Under the pieces are notes generated by a model, which saw only the letters and a list, made by a program, of their open reading frames with translations, did no database searches and was not told the origin of the DNA. Shown piece by piece: positions 8,495-17,675 of a stretch of 25,062 nucleotides of DNA (position 1 is the stretch's first letter; each line of letters opens with the position of its first letter). The DNA comes from a virus (taxonomy: Duplodnaviria; Caudoviricetes), in IMG/VR virus record IMGVR_UViG_3300004369_000564, positions 1-25,062 of that record; one strand, written 5' to 3'. Made by a program: the position numbers and the translations under genes.

Positions 8495-8678
8495 AAAATC
8501 AAATCTTATCTTAACGAGAAAAGTCGGTGACCGTGTCAAAGTGTACACCCCAAAGGGTGACATGTGCACGATAACAGTCACCAACATTTCTCAACGCGCA
8601 TGCAAACTCGCGTTCGAAGCAGATCAGAACGTCCGCATCGATAGAGAAGAGATTTATAATGAGAAGGAGAAAAAATGA
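8484..8678 (+). CDS. csrA: CsrA/RsmA-family RNA-binding translational regulator
   Basis: LILTRKVGD...ITV...KLAFEA...VRIDREEIY aligns with CsrA MLILTRRVGE...VTV...RIGVNA...VSVHREEIY; the key Arg in REE is retained. Confidence 0.85.
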   Translation: MTNKKSNLILTRKVGDRVKVYTPKGDMCTITVTNISQRACKLAFEADQNVRIDREEIYNEKEKK

Positions 8679-11143
8679 AAATTGTATTTTTACAAGCTAA
8701 AAAACCGCTTGTTAAAGAAATAACAAAGGATGGTACTAAACCCTATCCTCTTGTTAAAAACTTTACATCTACAGAAGAAGACATAAGTATAGACAAAAAA
8801 GGTCTAAACAAAATGTTTCGTACATTATGCACAGCTGCAGAGCAAGGTGCGTGTCTGCACAAAGGTCCACTAAAACGTCCACTTAAAGATGAACCCCGGG
8901 CTTTTATGTCCGATCGAACAGCTCCTACAGAGTTGCTTGTTTTAGATATTGATGGACTACGTGCAACCCCAGGAGATGACTTACAAGCTATGGCCGACCG
9001 TATCGTGCTTAAGTTACCTGAGATATTCCACGACTGTTCATACATAGTACAAGCCAGTGCATCTCTAGGCATAAAGAAAGATACAATCTCATTACACTTA
9101 TTTTTTCTTATGGATATGCCTGTGCATCCTAAAACGCTCAAGGACTTTCTTCGTAGTCTTAATTACGAAACAGAGTTCCTTGCAGAACAAATTACTTTAT
9201 CGGCCAACGGCCAAAGTCTTTCGTGTGTGTTAGACCCATCTGTCGCAGATAATAGTAAGTTAATTTACATAGCACCTCCTAAATTTAGTGGTGTTAAAGA
9301 CCCTTATCCTAATGGTAGGTTCATCAAGGTTGACCGTGGTTCAGCTGTTCTTAATGTCTCCTCATCTTTAATCGGTGTTAATCCTGAAAAGGTACACACC
9401 TTAGGTTTGCAGATTAAAGATAATCTTAGGAAGAAAAATAATCTTCCTAAAAGAACTGGCAAATTATCCACGGTCAACGTTGCTGGTGAGTCGCACGAAG
9501 TGCTACAAAACCCAGACAAAATGACCATAGAAGTTACACGTGTTTCAGAGCCCTACGTAAATTGTAATGTGAACGGAGGCGACAGTGGAGGTTATTACTT
9601 TTTATTAACCAACCCACATTACATGTACAACTTCAAAGGAGAACCTATCTGGGAAATAGAAAAAGCTGATGCTGACTTTTACAGAAGTATCTTTGATATC
9701 TTCGCAGACAAGATAGATGCAGATACAAAACAAAAACCAATTGTTTTACGTGATTTTTACACAGACACATTTTATAACGGAGTATATGATGAAACAAAAC
9801 AACAATTTACAGAAAATTACCCACTCACGCCCACCAATAAGAACAGTCTTGACGACTTTCTTAAAAGTCATGGTCGTGCTGCCTTGGATTACGTTCCAGA
9901 TGCTCGTGTCGTATTTGATCCAAGCAATAGTGAAGGTATTAACCTTGACACTGTTCCGTACAGCGTAAACTTATTTAGAAAAACTAAGTACATGCTAAAG
10001 CCACAAGAAAATGTAAAAGAACTCTCGTACGGTGACGCCATTGAGATCCAAAATATTGCACCTAATTTCTATAAATTAGTCATGCACATACTCGGTGACG
10101 GTCAACCTGAGTTCGAACACTTTATCAACTGGCTCGCGTACATATATCAAAACAAACGCAAAGCTATGACCGCGTGGATATTCACGGGCATACCGGGCAC
10201 TGGTAAAGGCTTGTTCGTACACAAGATTCTAAAGCCGTTGTTTGGTGAACAACAAACACCAATGCGTTCGTTAGAAAATATAGAAGAACAGTTCAACTTG
10301 TACATGCGTACTGCAATGTTCCTAGTTGTAGATGAGTTTCGTATGGCTGACTCTGGCTCAGTAGGTCGTATGGCTGATAAGCTAAAACACCAGATTACAG
10401 AACCAACTCTAACAATCAGAGCCATGCGTACCAACCAGATCGAGCTGCCATCTTACACGAACTTTATCTTTCTAACTAACAGAGCAGATGCAGTCAAAAT
10501 AGAGGACAGCGACAGAAGATACAACGTGGCACCACGACAAGAAACAAAACTAGAAGTGGCTCACAAGGACTTGCTGGCCCAGTTAGACTTGTTGGAACAA
10601 GAACTATATATCGTGTCAGGCATACTGCAGCGCTTTCAGGTAGATGCACGTATGGCTCACACTGCGTTAGAGAATGATGCAAAGAAAGAAATGAAAGAAA
10701 TATCTATGTCCGTACTAGAAGAATTTGCAAGTGCAATACGCACACGCAACTTAGAATATTTTACAGAAGTCTTAGACATACCTCTTACAAACACTTTCGA
10801 TGCTGGTGGTATTACAACTGCACAAAGATATGTTAAAGAATGGTTAGCTAAAGCCAACAATCAACAAGTTATACCTTTAGCTCACTTTAAAGTTGTACAT
10901 GATGCTATGACTGACAGCCGCAACACCATCTCACAACGTGAGTTTGCTAAGCGTATGTCACGTTTAAATATCAAAACAGCACGTAAACGTGTTAGTAAAA
11001 ACCGTACAGCTGGCATACCTCGTGGGGTTGTATTAACATGGAAAATAGATAATAATGTTCGAAAGGATTTAATCGAAGAACACTTCGAAGAAAGGGACTT
11101 AGGACTAATAGATGAAAAATCTAACACAATCCAAGCGTCCTGA
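8675..11143 (+). CDS. Primase-helicase (N-terminal AEP-like primase, C-terminal SF3/DUF5906-like helicase)
   Basis: LVLDIDG and S-S...LHLFF primase-like motifs; Walker A GIPGTGKG, Walker B LVVDE, motif C FLTN, DRRY. Confidence 0.85.
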   Translation: MKIVFLQAKKPLVKEITKDGTKPYPLVKNFTSTEEDISIDKKGLNKMFRTLCTAAEQGACLHKGPLKRPLKDEPRAFMSDRTAPTELLVLDIDGLRATPGDDLQAMADRIVLKLPEIFHDCSYIVQASASLGIKKDTISLHLFFLMDMPVHPKTLKDFLRSLNYETEFLAEQITLSANGQSLSCVLDPSVADNSKLIYIAPPKFSGVKDPYPNGRFIKVDRGSAVLNVSSSLIGVNPEKVHTLGLQIKDNLRKKNNLPKRTGKLSTVNVAGESHEVLQNPDKMTIEVTRVSEPYVNCNVNGGDSGGYYFLLTNPHYMYNFKGEPIWEIEKADADFYRSIFDIFADKIDADTKQKPIVLRDFYTDTFYNGVYDETKQQFTENYPLTPTNKNSLDDFLKSHGRAALDYVPDARVVFDPSNSEGINLDTVPYSVNLFRKTKYMLKPQENVKELSYGDAIEIQNIAPNFYKLVMHILGDGQPEFEHFINWLAYIYQNKRKAMTAWIFTGIPGTGKGLFVHKILKPLFGEQQTPMRSLENIEEQFNLYMRTAMFLVVDEFRMADSGSVGRMADKLKHQITEPTLTIRAMRTNQIELPSYTNFIFLTNRADAVKIEDSDRRYNVAPRQETKLEVAHKDLLAQLDLLEQELYIVSGILQRFQVDARMAHTALENDAKKEMKEISMSVLEEFASAIRTRNLEYFTEVLDIPLTNTFDAGGITTAQRYVKEWLAKANNQQVIPLAHFKVVHDAMTDSRNTISQREFAKRMSRLNIKTARKRVSKNRTAGIPRGVVLTWKIDNNVRKDLIEEHFEERDLGLIDEKSNTIQAS

Positions 11144-11867
11144 CCTAATCTCAACGGTTGAGGTCAAGGAGGACATAGAGTTAGGCTACATACCAGCCTG
11201 GTCATATTCTACCCTAAAAACTTTTGAATCCTGTGCTTACCGCTCCTACATAGCTAAAGTAAAAAAAGTGCAAGAAGACTTCGGACCTGCAGCGGCACGT
11301 GGTACTGAAATACACAAACAAGCTGAAGATTATGTAGCAGGTAAGCTAGGTGAACTACCCGACACTCTTAAGAAATTTACATCTCAATTTAAAACTCTCC
11401 GAGAATTATTTGTAGACGCAAAAGTAGAACTTGAGGGTGATTGGGGTTTCACTCAAGGTTGGGAGCCGTGTGGCTGGTTAGCTCCTGACGTGTGGGGACG
11501 CATCAAGCTAGATGCATTCGTACACGAAACAGAAACATCAGCAAGAGTTATTGATTACAAAACAGGTAAAGCCTACGGCAATGAGATCGCTCATAGTCAA
11601 CAAGCACTTGTTTACGCAATCGGTAGTTTCTTCAGATATCCAGACTTACAAATTGCTAAAGCCGAGATATGGTATCTCGACCATGGCACTATGTTAGAAC
11701 AAGTGTACACACGGGATGAGGCTATGGTCTTTATGCCCAAGTTACACGACCGAGCAGTAGCTATGACTACTGCAACAGAATTTCCGCCAAACCCTAGCAG
11801 CTACAACTGCAAATGGTGCTCGTACAGTAAGGGTGAATACCCTATTTGCGAGTGGGCAGAAACCTGA
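11112..11867 (+). CDS. PD-(D/E)XK exonuclease (RecB/Cas4-like, Fe-S cysteines)
   Basis: WSYSTLKTFESC, RGTEIH, IKLD, IDYKTG, C-terminal CKWC...C. Confidence 0.85.
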   Translation: MKNLTQSKRPDLISTVEVKEDIELGYIPAWSYSTLKTFESCAYRSYIAKVKKVQEDFGPAAARGTEIHKQAEDYVAGKLGELPDTLKKFTSQFKTLRELFVDAKVELEGDWGFTQGWEPCGWLAPDVWGRIKLDAFVHETETSARVIDYKTGKAYGNEIAHSQQALVYAIGSFFRYPDLQIAKAEIWYLDHGTMLEQVYTRDEAMVFMPKLHDRAVAMTTATEFPPNPSSYNCKWCSYSKGEYPICEWAET

Positions 11868-11873
11868 TATAAT
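11846..11873 (+). promoter_or_regulatory. sigma70-type promoter with extended -10
   Basis: TTGCGA (11846-11851), 16 bp spacer, TATAAT (11868-11873) in a TGaTATAAT context. Confidence 0.6.
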
Positions 11874-11919
11874 AATATTAACGACTAACGATTAACGATT
11901 AAGGAGTAACGATGAACGA
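11873..11919 (+). repeat. TAACGA heptad-periodic repeat over the helicase leader
   Basis: TAACGA at 11879, 11886, 11893, 11907; TAAGGA at 11900; GAACGA at 11914 (exact 7-nt period). Confidence 0.8.
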
Positions 11920-13270
11920 TATACCTGTGGCTTATGACCACCAAAAAAAGACTACTGATTTCATAGTAGCAAATCCAAAATGTATGATTACCTCAGACCC
12001 AGGCACTGGCAAAACACGTGCAGTCTTAGACGCACATGTTATACTTGAGGGCAAGACATTAGTTTTAGCGCCACTTTCAATACTGGAAGCAGCGTGGGGT
12101 GAAGACATTAAAAAGTTTCAACCCGATATAAAATATGGAGTAGCTTATGCTAGAAATAGGGAAAAAGTATTTAAACAAGATGACCTTGATATGGTCATCA
12201 CTAACTTCGAAGCTGTTAATTTCTTACGGAAAAATTCAAGCTATTGTAAGCAATTTGATACAATCGTTATTGACGAATTTACCGCTTTTAAAAATCGCAC
12301 AGCCAAACGTAGTAAAAATCTCAAAGATATTATCCAACATTTTACTAATAGGATTGCCATGTCTGGTACTCCTAATAGTAATACTATTTTAGATATTTGG
12401 CACCCAGCATACCTAGTCGACGACGGCGAACGACTAGGTGCTAGGTTCTTTCAATTCAGGTCCCAAGTTTGTACACCAAAGTTTAATGGCTTTGCTAATG
12501 AATGGGTAGACAAACCTGATGCCGAAGACGCAGTTGCAAACAGACTGCGCGATATAACCATACGTTACGCCCTGTCAGATTGTATAGACTTACCTGACAA
12601 CGTAACACGTACGATTAACACTAACTTGTCCAAGCAAGTACAGCAAAAATATAATCTCCTTGCTAACGACTCTGTTCTCTATACAAAAACAGGGACCGTT
12701 AATGCTGTACATGCAGGTGCTCGTGTCAAAAAACTCCTGCAGCTAGTTACAGGTGCTATATACGACGAAGACAAGTTAGTGCAGTTCATCCATCAAGAAC
12801 GTTATGACATAGTCATGACTCTTGTAGAACAACGTGCACATAGCCTGATAGCATTCAACTGGCGACACGAACGTAACGCACTAATGGAGCTAGCAGAAAA
12901 ACAAGGTGTAACGTATGATGTTATTGATGGTACGGTCAAAGCTGAGAAGAGAAAAGACATAGTCACACGTTTTCAAGCTGGTCAAATACAAATGCTGTTG
13001 TGTCATCCACAGTCAGCAGGTCATGGTTTGACACTAACCAAAGCTAACACAGTTATATGGTGTTCTCCTACGTACAATGCAGAACACTTTCAACAATTTA
13101 ATCAACGTATACATAGGTCAGGTCAGACACAAAAAACCGAGACCATACTTATACAAGCACGAAACACTTGGGAGCCCGAAGTGTACAAAAAACTTAATAC
13201 TAAGTTAGGGCGAATGGAAAATCTATTGCACATATTACAGGAGGTAGGACATGGCAAAGAAACTAAATGA
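11912..13270 (+). CDS. SNF2-family (SF2) helicase
   Basis: DPGTGKT, VLAPLS, VIDEFT, MSGTP, SAGHGLTL, QRIHRSGQ. Confidence 0.92.
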   Translation: MNDIPVAYDHQKKTTDFIVANPKCMITSDPGTGKTRAVLDAHVILEGKTLVLAPLSILEAAWGEDIKKFQPDIKYGVAYARNREKVFKQDDLDMVITNFEAVNFLRKNSSYCKQFDTIVIDEFTAFKNRTAKRSKNLKDIIQHFTNRIAMSGTPNSNTILDIWHPAYLVDDGERLGARFFQFRSQVCTPKFNGFANEWVDKPDAEDAVANRLRDITIRYALSDCIDLPDNVTRTINTNLSKQVQQKYNLLANDSVLYTKTGTVNAVHAGARVKKLLQLVTGAIYDEDKLVQFIHQERYDIVMTLVEQRAHSLIAFNWRHERNALMELAEKQGVTYDVIDGTVKAEKRKDIVTRFQAGQIQMLLCHPQSAGHGLTLTKANTVIWCSPTYNAEHFQQFNQRIHRSGQTQKTETILIQARNTWEPEVYKKLNTKLGRMENLLHILQEVGHGKETK

Positions 13271-13622
13271 CTTATTAGCCGAGTACGGCAAAGTGCGTGA
13301 GGGTATTACAGACCTGCTAGCACAAGAAAAAGAATACAATGCGCAAAAGCGTGAGCTAGAAGCGCAGATAGCCATTAGAATGCAAGACGAAGGTCTTGAA
13401 AAAATATCTAATGGTGGACTAACACTCTCCCTTAAAAAGGAGATTGTCCCTACTGTAGATAGCTGGGATGACTTGCAAGAGTATGTAGCAAAAACTGGAA
13501 GGTTTGAGCTACTACAAAAGCGTATGTCAGCTACTGCTTATAGGGAAGCTATCAGTCTTGGGGAAGATATCCCTGGGGTTAAAAGCACGGAGTTGACCAA
13601 AATTAACTTTAGGTCAACGTAA
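13251..13622 (+). CDS. Conserved phage protein of the replication module (N-terminal coiled coil)
   Basis: GGAGG SD; the WD-L-EY...LLQKR...IPGV pattern is common beside SNF2/SSB genes in phages. Confidence 0.8.
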   Translation: MAKKLNDLLAEYGKVREGITDLLAQEKEYNAQKRELEAQIAIRMQDEGLEKISNGGLTLSLKKEIVPTVDSWDDLQEYVAKTGRFELLQKRMSATAYREAISLGEDIPGVKSTELTKINFRST

Positions 13623-13670
13623 TATTAACGACTAACGAATGACGAAAGGAGGAATAACGATGTCAAACGA
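13620..13670 (+). repeat. Second copy of the TAATATTAACGACTAACGA leader motif with TAACGA repeats
   Basis: 19/19 identity of 13620-13638 to 11873-11891; also TGACGA 13640, TAACGA 13655, AAACGA 13665. Confidence 0.8.
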
Positions 13671-14328
13671 TATTAGCGTAGTAACGAGTACAGTCCCGGC
13701 TCATGTAAAAGCGGGATCTAAACTGGGTAACGAGAATGTTTCACAAGAACATATCTCAGTACCGAGGGTAAAACTTCTACAGAAGATGAATAACGAAGTA
13801 GATAAAAACCACAGTGAGTATATTGAGGGAGCCCAAGAAGGTGACTTCATTAATACTGTAACTGGTGAAAACTACGGCTCATCTATGTATGTAGTTAACG
13901 TGCACTTCAAAGAAGAGTACATAGTGTGGAGAAAGAGAACCGAAGGCGGAGGTCTTGTAGCCAACTTTACTACAAGAAAAGAAGCTGAGGATTATCTAGA
14001 AGATAACGGGCTCAAGTTAGAAGAGCACGATATTACTCAGACTCAAATCCACACTTTACTTAGGTTGAACGAGGAGGATGCAGAAATTTCTGACATACCA
14101 TTCTTGTTTGACTGTGCTTCATCCAAGCTTAAAGTATCTAGAGAGTGGAATACAAAGATAATGAAACAAGGCGGAGATAGATTCTCTTACTTGTGGAAAA
14201 TGTCTTCTGTACCACAAAGTAATACTAAAGGCTCTTGGGTTAACATTGACATCACTGGTGTCGATTGGTTGAAAGACGAAATTTATCAACAAGTCAGATC
14301 TTTCTACGAAGCCTCAATAGCTAAGTAG
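13660..14328 (+). CDS. Putative single-stranded DNA-binding protein
   Basis: GGAGG SD supports ATG 13660. The VPRVKLLQ...GA.EGDF.NTVTGE pattern and its position among replication genes suggest an SSB; function inferred. Confidence 0.6.
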   Translation: MSNDISVVTSTVPAHVKAGSKLGNENVSQEHISVPRVKLLQKMNNEVDKNHSEYIEGAQEGDFINTVTGENYGSSMYVVNVHFKEEYIVWRKRTEGGGLVANFTTRKEAEDYLEDNGLKLEEHDITQTQIHTLLRLNEEDAEISDIPFLFDCASSKLKVSREWNTKIMKQGGDRFSYLWKMSSVPQSNTKGSWVNIDITGVDWLKDEIYQQVRSFYEASIAK

Positions 14329-14333
14329 CTTAC

Positions 14334-14377
14334 GTGCGTTCGGCTTGCGACAGTTTGTGTCGCAGGCCCGAACGTGT
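14334..14377. other. Long GC-rich intergenic hairpin
   Basis: CGTTCGG-CTTGCGACA-gtttg-TGTCGCAGG-c-CCGAACG; no U-tract. Confidence 0.65.
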
Positions 14378-14389
14378 TACTCTCCTTAT

Positions 14390-14791
14390 GTGAAAGAAAA
14401 GGAGTTCATCAACAAGGTGCATAAGCATCTTCCCAAAACCATCTACCGATGGAAAATCAACGACCCTTACCACGGCGGTGTTCCCGACACCTACTATTCA
14501 GGACCAAACAACCATTGCTGGATTGAATACAAATACACAGAAAAACTTCCTAGCCGTGATAATTCCAAAATAAAATTTAACTTATCAGAACAACAACGCA
14601 TTTGGCTCAAACGTCAAAAAGAATTTAATATTTCTGTCTACGCCGTGCTTGCCTGCAAAGACCAAGTTTTTATAACAGAAGACTTCGATTTAAAATTTAT
14701 TATCTTAAAACAATTCCAAAAAGAATCTATACCCTTTACAATGTTTATAAAAAGATTAACACATTTTTGTTTAGGAGAAACAAATGACTGA
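14390..14791 (+). CDS. VRR-NUC-like nuclease / Holliday junction resolvase
   Basis: EKEF...GVPD...WIEYK...LSEQQRIW pattern; likely GTG start at 14390. Confidence 0.8.
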   Translation: MKEKEFINKVHKHLPKTIYRWKINDPYHGGVPDTYYSGPNNHCWIEYKYTEKLPSRDNSKIKFNLSEQQRIWLKRQKEFNISVYAVLACKDQVFITEDFDLKFIILKQFQKESIPFTMFIKRLTHFCLGETND

Positions 14792-15047
14792 TTATGTAAA
14801 CTCACCTCCGCATTACAACACAGGAAACGTGGAATGTATTGTGGCAATTGAAGAAAGTATGACCCCTGAAGCCTTCAAGGGTTATCTTAAAGGTAACATT
14901 CAAAAATATATGTGGCGTTACGAAGCCAAAAAAGGACTACAAGATGTTTTAAAAGCCGAATGGTACCTAAAAAGACTGATTAAAACACTCGAAAAAGAAG
15001 AAAACGCACAGAACGCACGCACAAGCCCGCCAGACGATTTTATATAG
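14784..15047 (+). CDS. DUF3310 protein
   Basis: DYVNSPPHY...ECI.AI...KGNIQKY.WR...K...QD..KA.WYL. Confidence 0.88.
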   Translation: MTDYVNSPPHYNTGNVECIVAIEESMTPEAFKGYLKGNIQKYMWRYEAKKGLQDVLKAEWYLKRLIKTLEKEENAQNARTSPPDDFI

Positions 15048-15105
15048 TTTTGGACCTAAGGCCTTGGGTACCTTAACAAAATGCGTTAGACGCGATTCTG
15101 TGAGG

Positions 15106-15351
15106 TCATTTTTTTCCAGATTTGCTATTTCTAGCAAAAGAACGGTTTTTTGATTGTTTAACCACTTTTAAGTTAGATTTTTTATGGTTCATTGGATTTC
15201 CGTCTTTATGATGTACGTCTTTACCATCTCCTTTTGTAACTTTACCCAATCTTTCCATCAAACGTCTTACTCTATTTCTTTGTGCACGGCGTTTTTTTTG
15301 CTCAGGTTTGCCTTGGTAGTTTGCATATTCTTTCTTATAGTTCCTTGTCAT
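15106..15351 (-). CDS. Small HNH endonuclease-like protein
   Basis: DVHHKDGNPMN...NL...NRS motif; basic protein. Confidence 0.8.
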   Translation of the reverse strand: MTRNYKKEYANYQGKPEQKKRRAQRNRVRRLMERLGKVTKGDGKDVHHKDGNPMNHKKSNLKVVKQSKNRSFARNSKSGKK

Positions 15352-17103
15352 CTATATAGTATACACCGTCAAAGGCTCTTTCTTTCCTTTTACTTCTATA
15401 GTGTCGTGTAACCAGGCTTGATTTACTTTCATGGCTGTACGTTCTCCAATCAATATATCTACTCTCGCTTCTTTCGTTGCGCTTTCTAATCTTGCAGCCG
15501 TATTTACCGCATCTCCTATTGCTGAATAATCAAACCTTGTGTCACTACCCATATTACCAACTACAGCTTCACCGGTATTTACACCTATGCCTATAGCAAT
15601 CGGTTCAGGCAATTCTTTTTGCAGCATGCGCATAGCCGTACGCATATCTTGGGCACAGGCGACGGCACGTTTTTCATGTCCATCTATTTCAAGGGGAGCA
15701 TTAAAGATGGCCATACATGCGTCGCCTATGAACTTGTCAACCATACCGCCGTGGGCTTGTATGCATTTAACTTGTTCAGTCAACACTCTATTCATTATAT
15801 CAGTGACTTGTTCTGGTGGTAGTTTCTCTGATAGGTTTGTAAACCCCCGAACATCTGTGAATAAAAATGTGCAAATTTTTTTCTCGCCACCTAGTTTTAA
15901 TAAATCGGGATTGTCTTGTAGCTGTTTCACTTGCCTTGGGTCTAAATAGTGTTCGAACTGTTTCTTAATTTGCTGTCTTAGTTTGTATTGCTCACCAAAA
16001 CGTAACCAGAACTCCTGGACTGATATAAGTGTCATTGATAATGCACTATAACTAAAGTCTATAAGTATATTGTTACGTGCAAGGATCACAGCAGCTGCAG
16101 CTTGCATGCAGTATAAAAGCCCGACCCCCAGCATAGAAGCTGTAACAGGTGAGAATCGTATTATAACTATTGTTAATGATAAAACACCCACTAATATAAG
16201 TAATTGATATAGTGATGATGCACCTGGAATCTGCGGTACATCTACAGTCATGCTTTCTGCCAGGGCCGCTTGTACGTGGTGTGGGTATTTAAGACCTACA
16301 GGTGTAGCTATTTGCGGCATCACCCCCTTTGCTGTTACTCCTACTAATACAAACTTACCAGCAACATTTTTTTCTGCAAGCGTTGTAGTCGGTGTATCTA
16401 TCCACGACACCCAACGTCTGCCTAGATTATCTACAGGTATCTCTCCATACCCAGGTACACTAAGCTCTGTTATTTGTCCTTGGTCGGTCCTAATTATATA
16501 GGTGTCTGCACCCCCGATTATTTTTATAATCTCTATAGCAAAAGACGGAGTCCAACCACCTTCTGTTTGTACTAACAAAGGCAACCTACGTACTAAATTG
16601 TCTACGTCAGTTCGTGCAACTGCAATCCCCTGGTATGCAGACTCTGCTAGCACAGGCACGTTGCCTAACACACCTTCGCTTTTATATGCTTCTACGGGTA
16701 TGCCATCCCCTAATATAACTGTACCTGTAGTAGGTGGGTAGTTACCGTTGGGGTTTTCAAACATAGCTAACACAGAAGGAGCATATCCAAGGGTAGTGGC
16801 AAACACTTTATCTCCACCCATGCGATCGGCTTGTGGAAAAGCTATGACCCAACCAACACCTATAGCACCTTCATTTATTAAATCTACTTGTATTTGTGCA
16901 AGTGTCCTCCTAGGAAATGGCCAACCACCTTCTTTTTCAATATCTTCTTCTGTTATATCTAGTGTTACAAACCAACCAGATTCTTCTGGTGTTTGCACGA
17001 GTGCATCAAACGTTTTTAATTTTAGTATCTCTACTGCTTGCCAGTTAAATAGTAGTGGTATAGCTAGTATTGGTATTGCTAATAATGAAATCCATTGCTT
17101 CAC
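15352..17103 (-). CDS. CHASE2-domain membrane adenylate/guanylate cyclase (class III)
   Basis: N-terminal TM; CHASE2 motifs (GGWPFPR, D.D.LVRRLPL, GK.VLVGVTA, TPVG); TM bundle; cyclase motifs FTDVRGFT, DKFIGD, GIGVNTG, YSAIGDAVNTAARLES, VKGK. Confidence 0.93.
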   Translation of the reverse strand: MKQWISLLAIPILAIPLLFNWQAVEILKLKTFDALVQTPEESGWFVTLDITEEDIEKEGGWPFPRRTLAQIQVDLINEGAIGVGWVIAFPQADRMGGDKVFATTLGYAPSVLAMFENPNGNYPPTTGTVILGDGIPVEAYKSEGVLGNVPVLAESAYQGIAVARTDVDNLVRRLPLLVQTEGGWTPSFAIEIIKIIGGADTYIIRTDQGQITELSVPGYGEIPVDNLGRRWVSWIDTPTTTLAEKNVAGKFVLVGVTAKGVMPQIATPVGLKYPHHVQAALAESMTVDVPQIPGASSLYQLLILVGVLSLTIVIIRFSPVTASMLGVGLLYCMQAAAAVILARNNILIDFSYSALSMTLISVQEFWLRFGEQYKLRQQIKKQFEHYLDPRQVKQLQDNPDLLKLGGEKKICTFLFTDVRGFTNLSEKLPPEQVTDIMNRVLTEQVKCIQAHGGMVDKFIGDACMAIFNAPLEIDGHEKRAVACAQDMRTAMRMLQKELPEPIAIGIGVNTGEAVVGNMGSDTRFDYSAIGDAVNTAARLESATKEARVDILIGERTAMKVNQAWLHDTIEVKGKKEPLTVYTI

Positions 17104-17675
17104 TAGATAATTCCGTATATATCAGTAGCCTCTCTATACACTAGATATCCTAAGTCTTTTAATAAAGCTTCACAATAAAGATTATCAATATGTGAGTGTT
17201 CTATTTTTACAAGAGTAGGTTTTATTTTCCAAGAATATGATTTAATAATATTTAACTCATGACCTTCAGTGTCAATCTTTAAATAATCAATACTTGTAAT
17301 GTTATGTTTGTCTATTAAAGTGTCTAAAGTAATGCAAGGTTTTTTTACAATACTTTCTATATGTTGTTTATTAATCCCATCAGCAATATCAAACATACGT
17401 TCGCCTTGATGGTTTGTGTCAACTACAGATGAGATGCCACGTGCCCAGTCCGAACGAGGTTTAACACAAGCAAAATCTATTTCACCATTATAATCACTAA
17501 TGACTACATTTTCTAAGATTACATTTTGACTATGAGGCATAGCCATAGCTTCTTCTTGTAAGTTCTTAAAAAACCTGTCAGCAGGCTCTACTAGTATGCC
17601 ACTCCAGTTGCCTGTGCGTATTAATTCTAAATTTGTGTTAAAGTCACACGATCCTATTTCAATAAAAGTTTTCAT
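17103..17675 (-). CDS. FkbM-family SAM-dependent methyltransferase
   Basis: FIEIGS, LVEP, TLDTL, IDYLKIDTEGHE. Confidence 0.85.
   Translation of the reverse strand: MKTFIEIGSCDFNTNLELIRTGNWSGILVEPADRFFKNLQEEAMAMPHSQNVILENVVISDYNGEIDFACVKPRSDWARGISSVVDTNHQGERMFDIADGINKQHIESIVKKPCITLDTLIDKHNITSIDYLKIDTEGHELNIIKSYSWKIKPTLVKIEHSHIDNLYCEALLKDLGYLVYREATDIYGII

Noticed and set aside
11112-11867. Cas4-like nuclease as evidence of a CRISPR-Cas system
   Set aside because: No other cas genes or array; stand-alone Cas4/RecB-like exonucleases are routine in phage replication modules.
15352-17103. Cyclase as a Pycsar/CBASS-type defence enzyme
   Set aside because: It has CHASE2 + TM receptor architecture and the ATP-type Lys in DKFIGD, and no adjacent cyclic-nucleotide effector gene.
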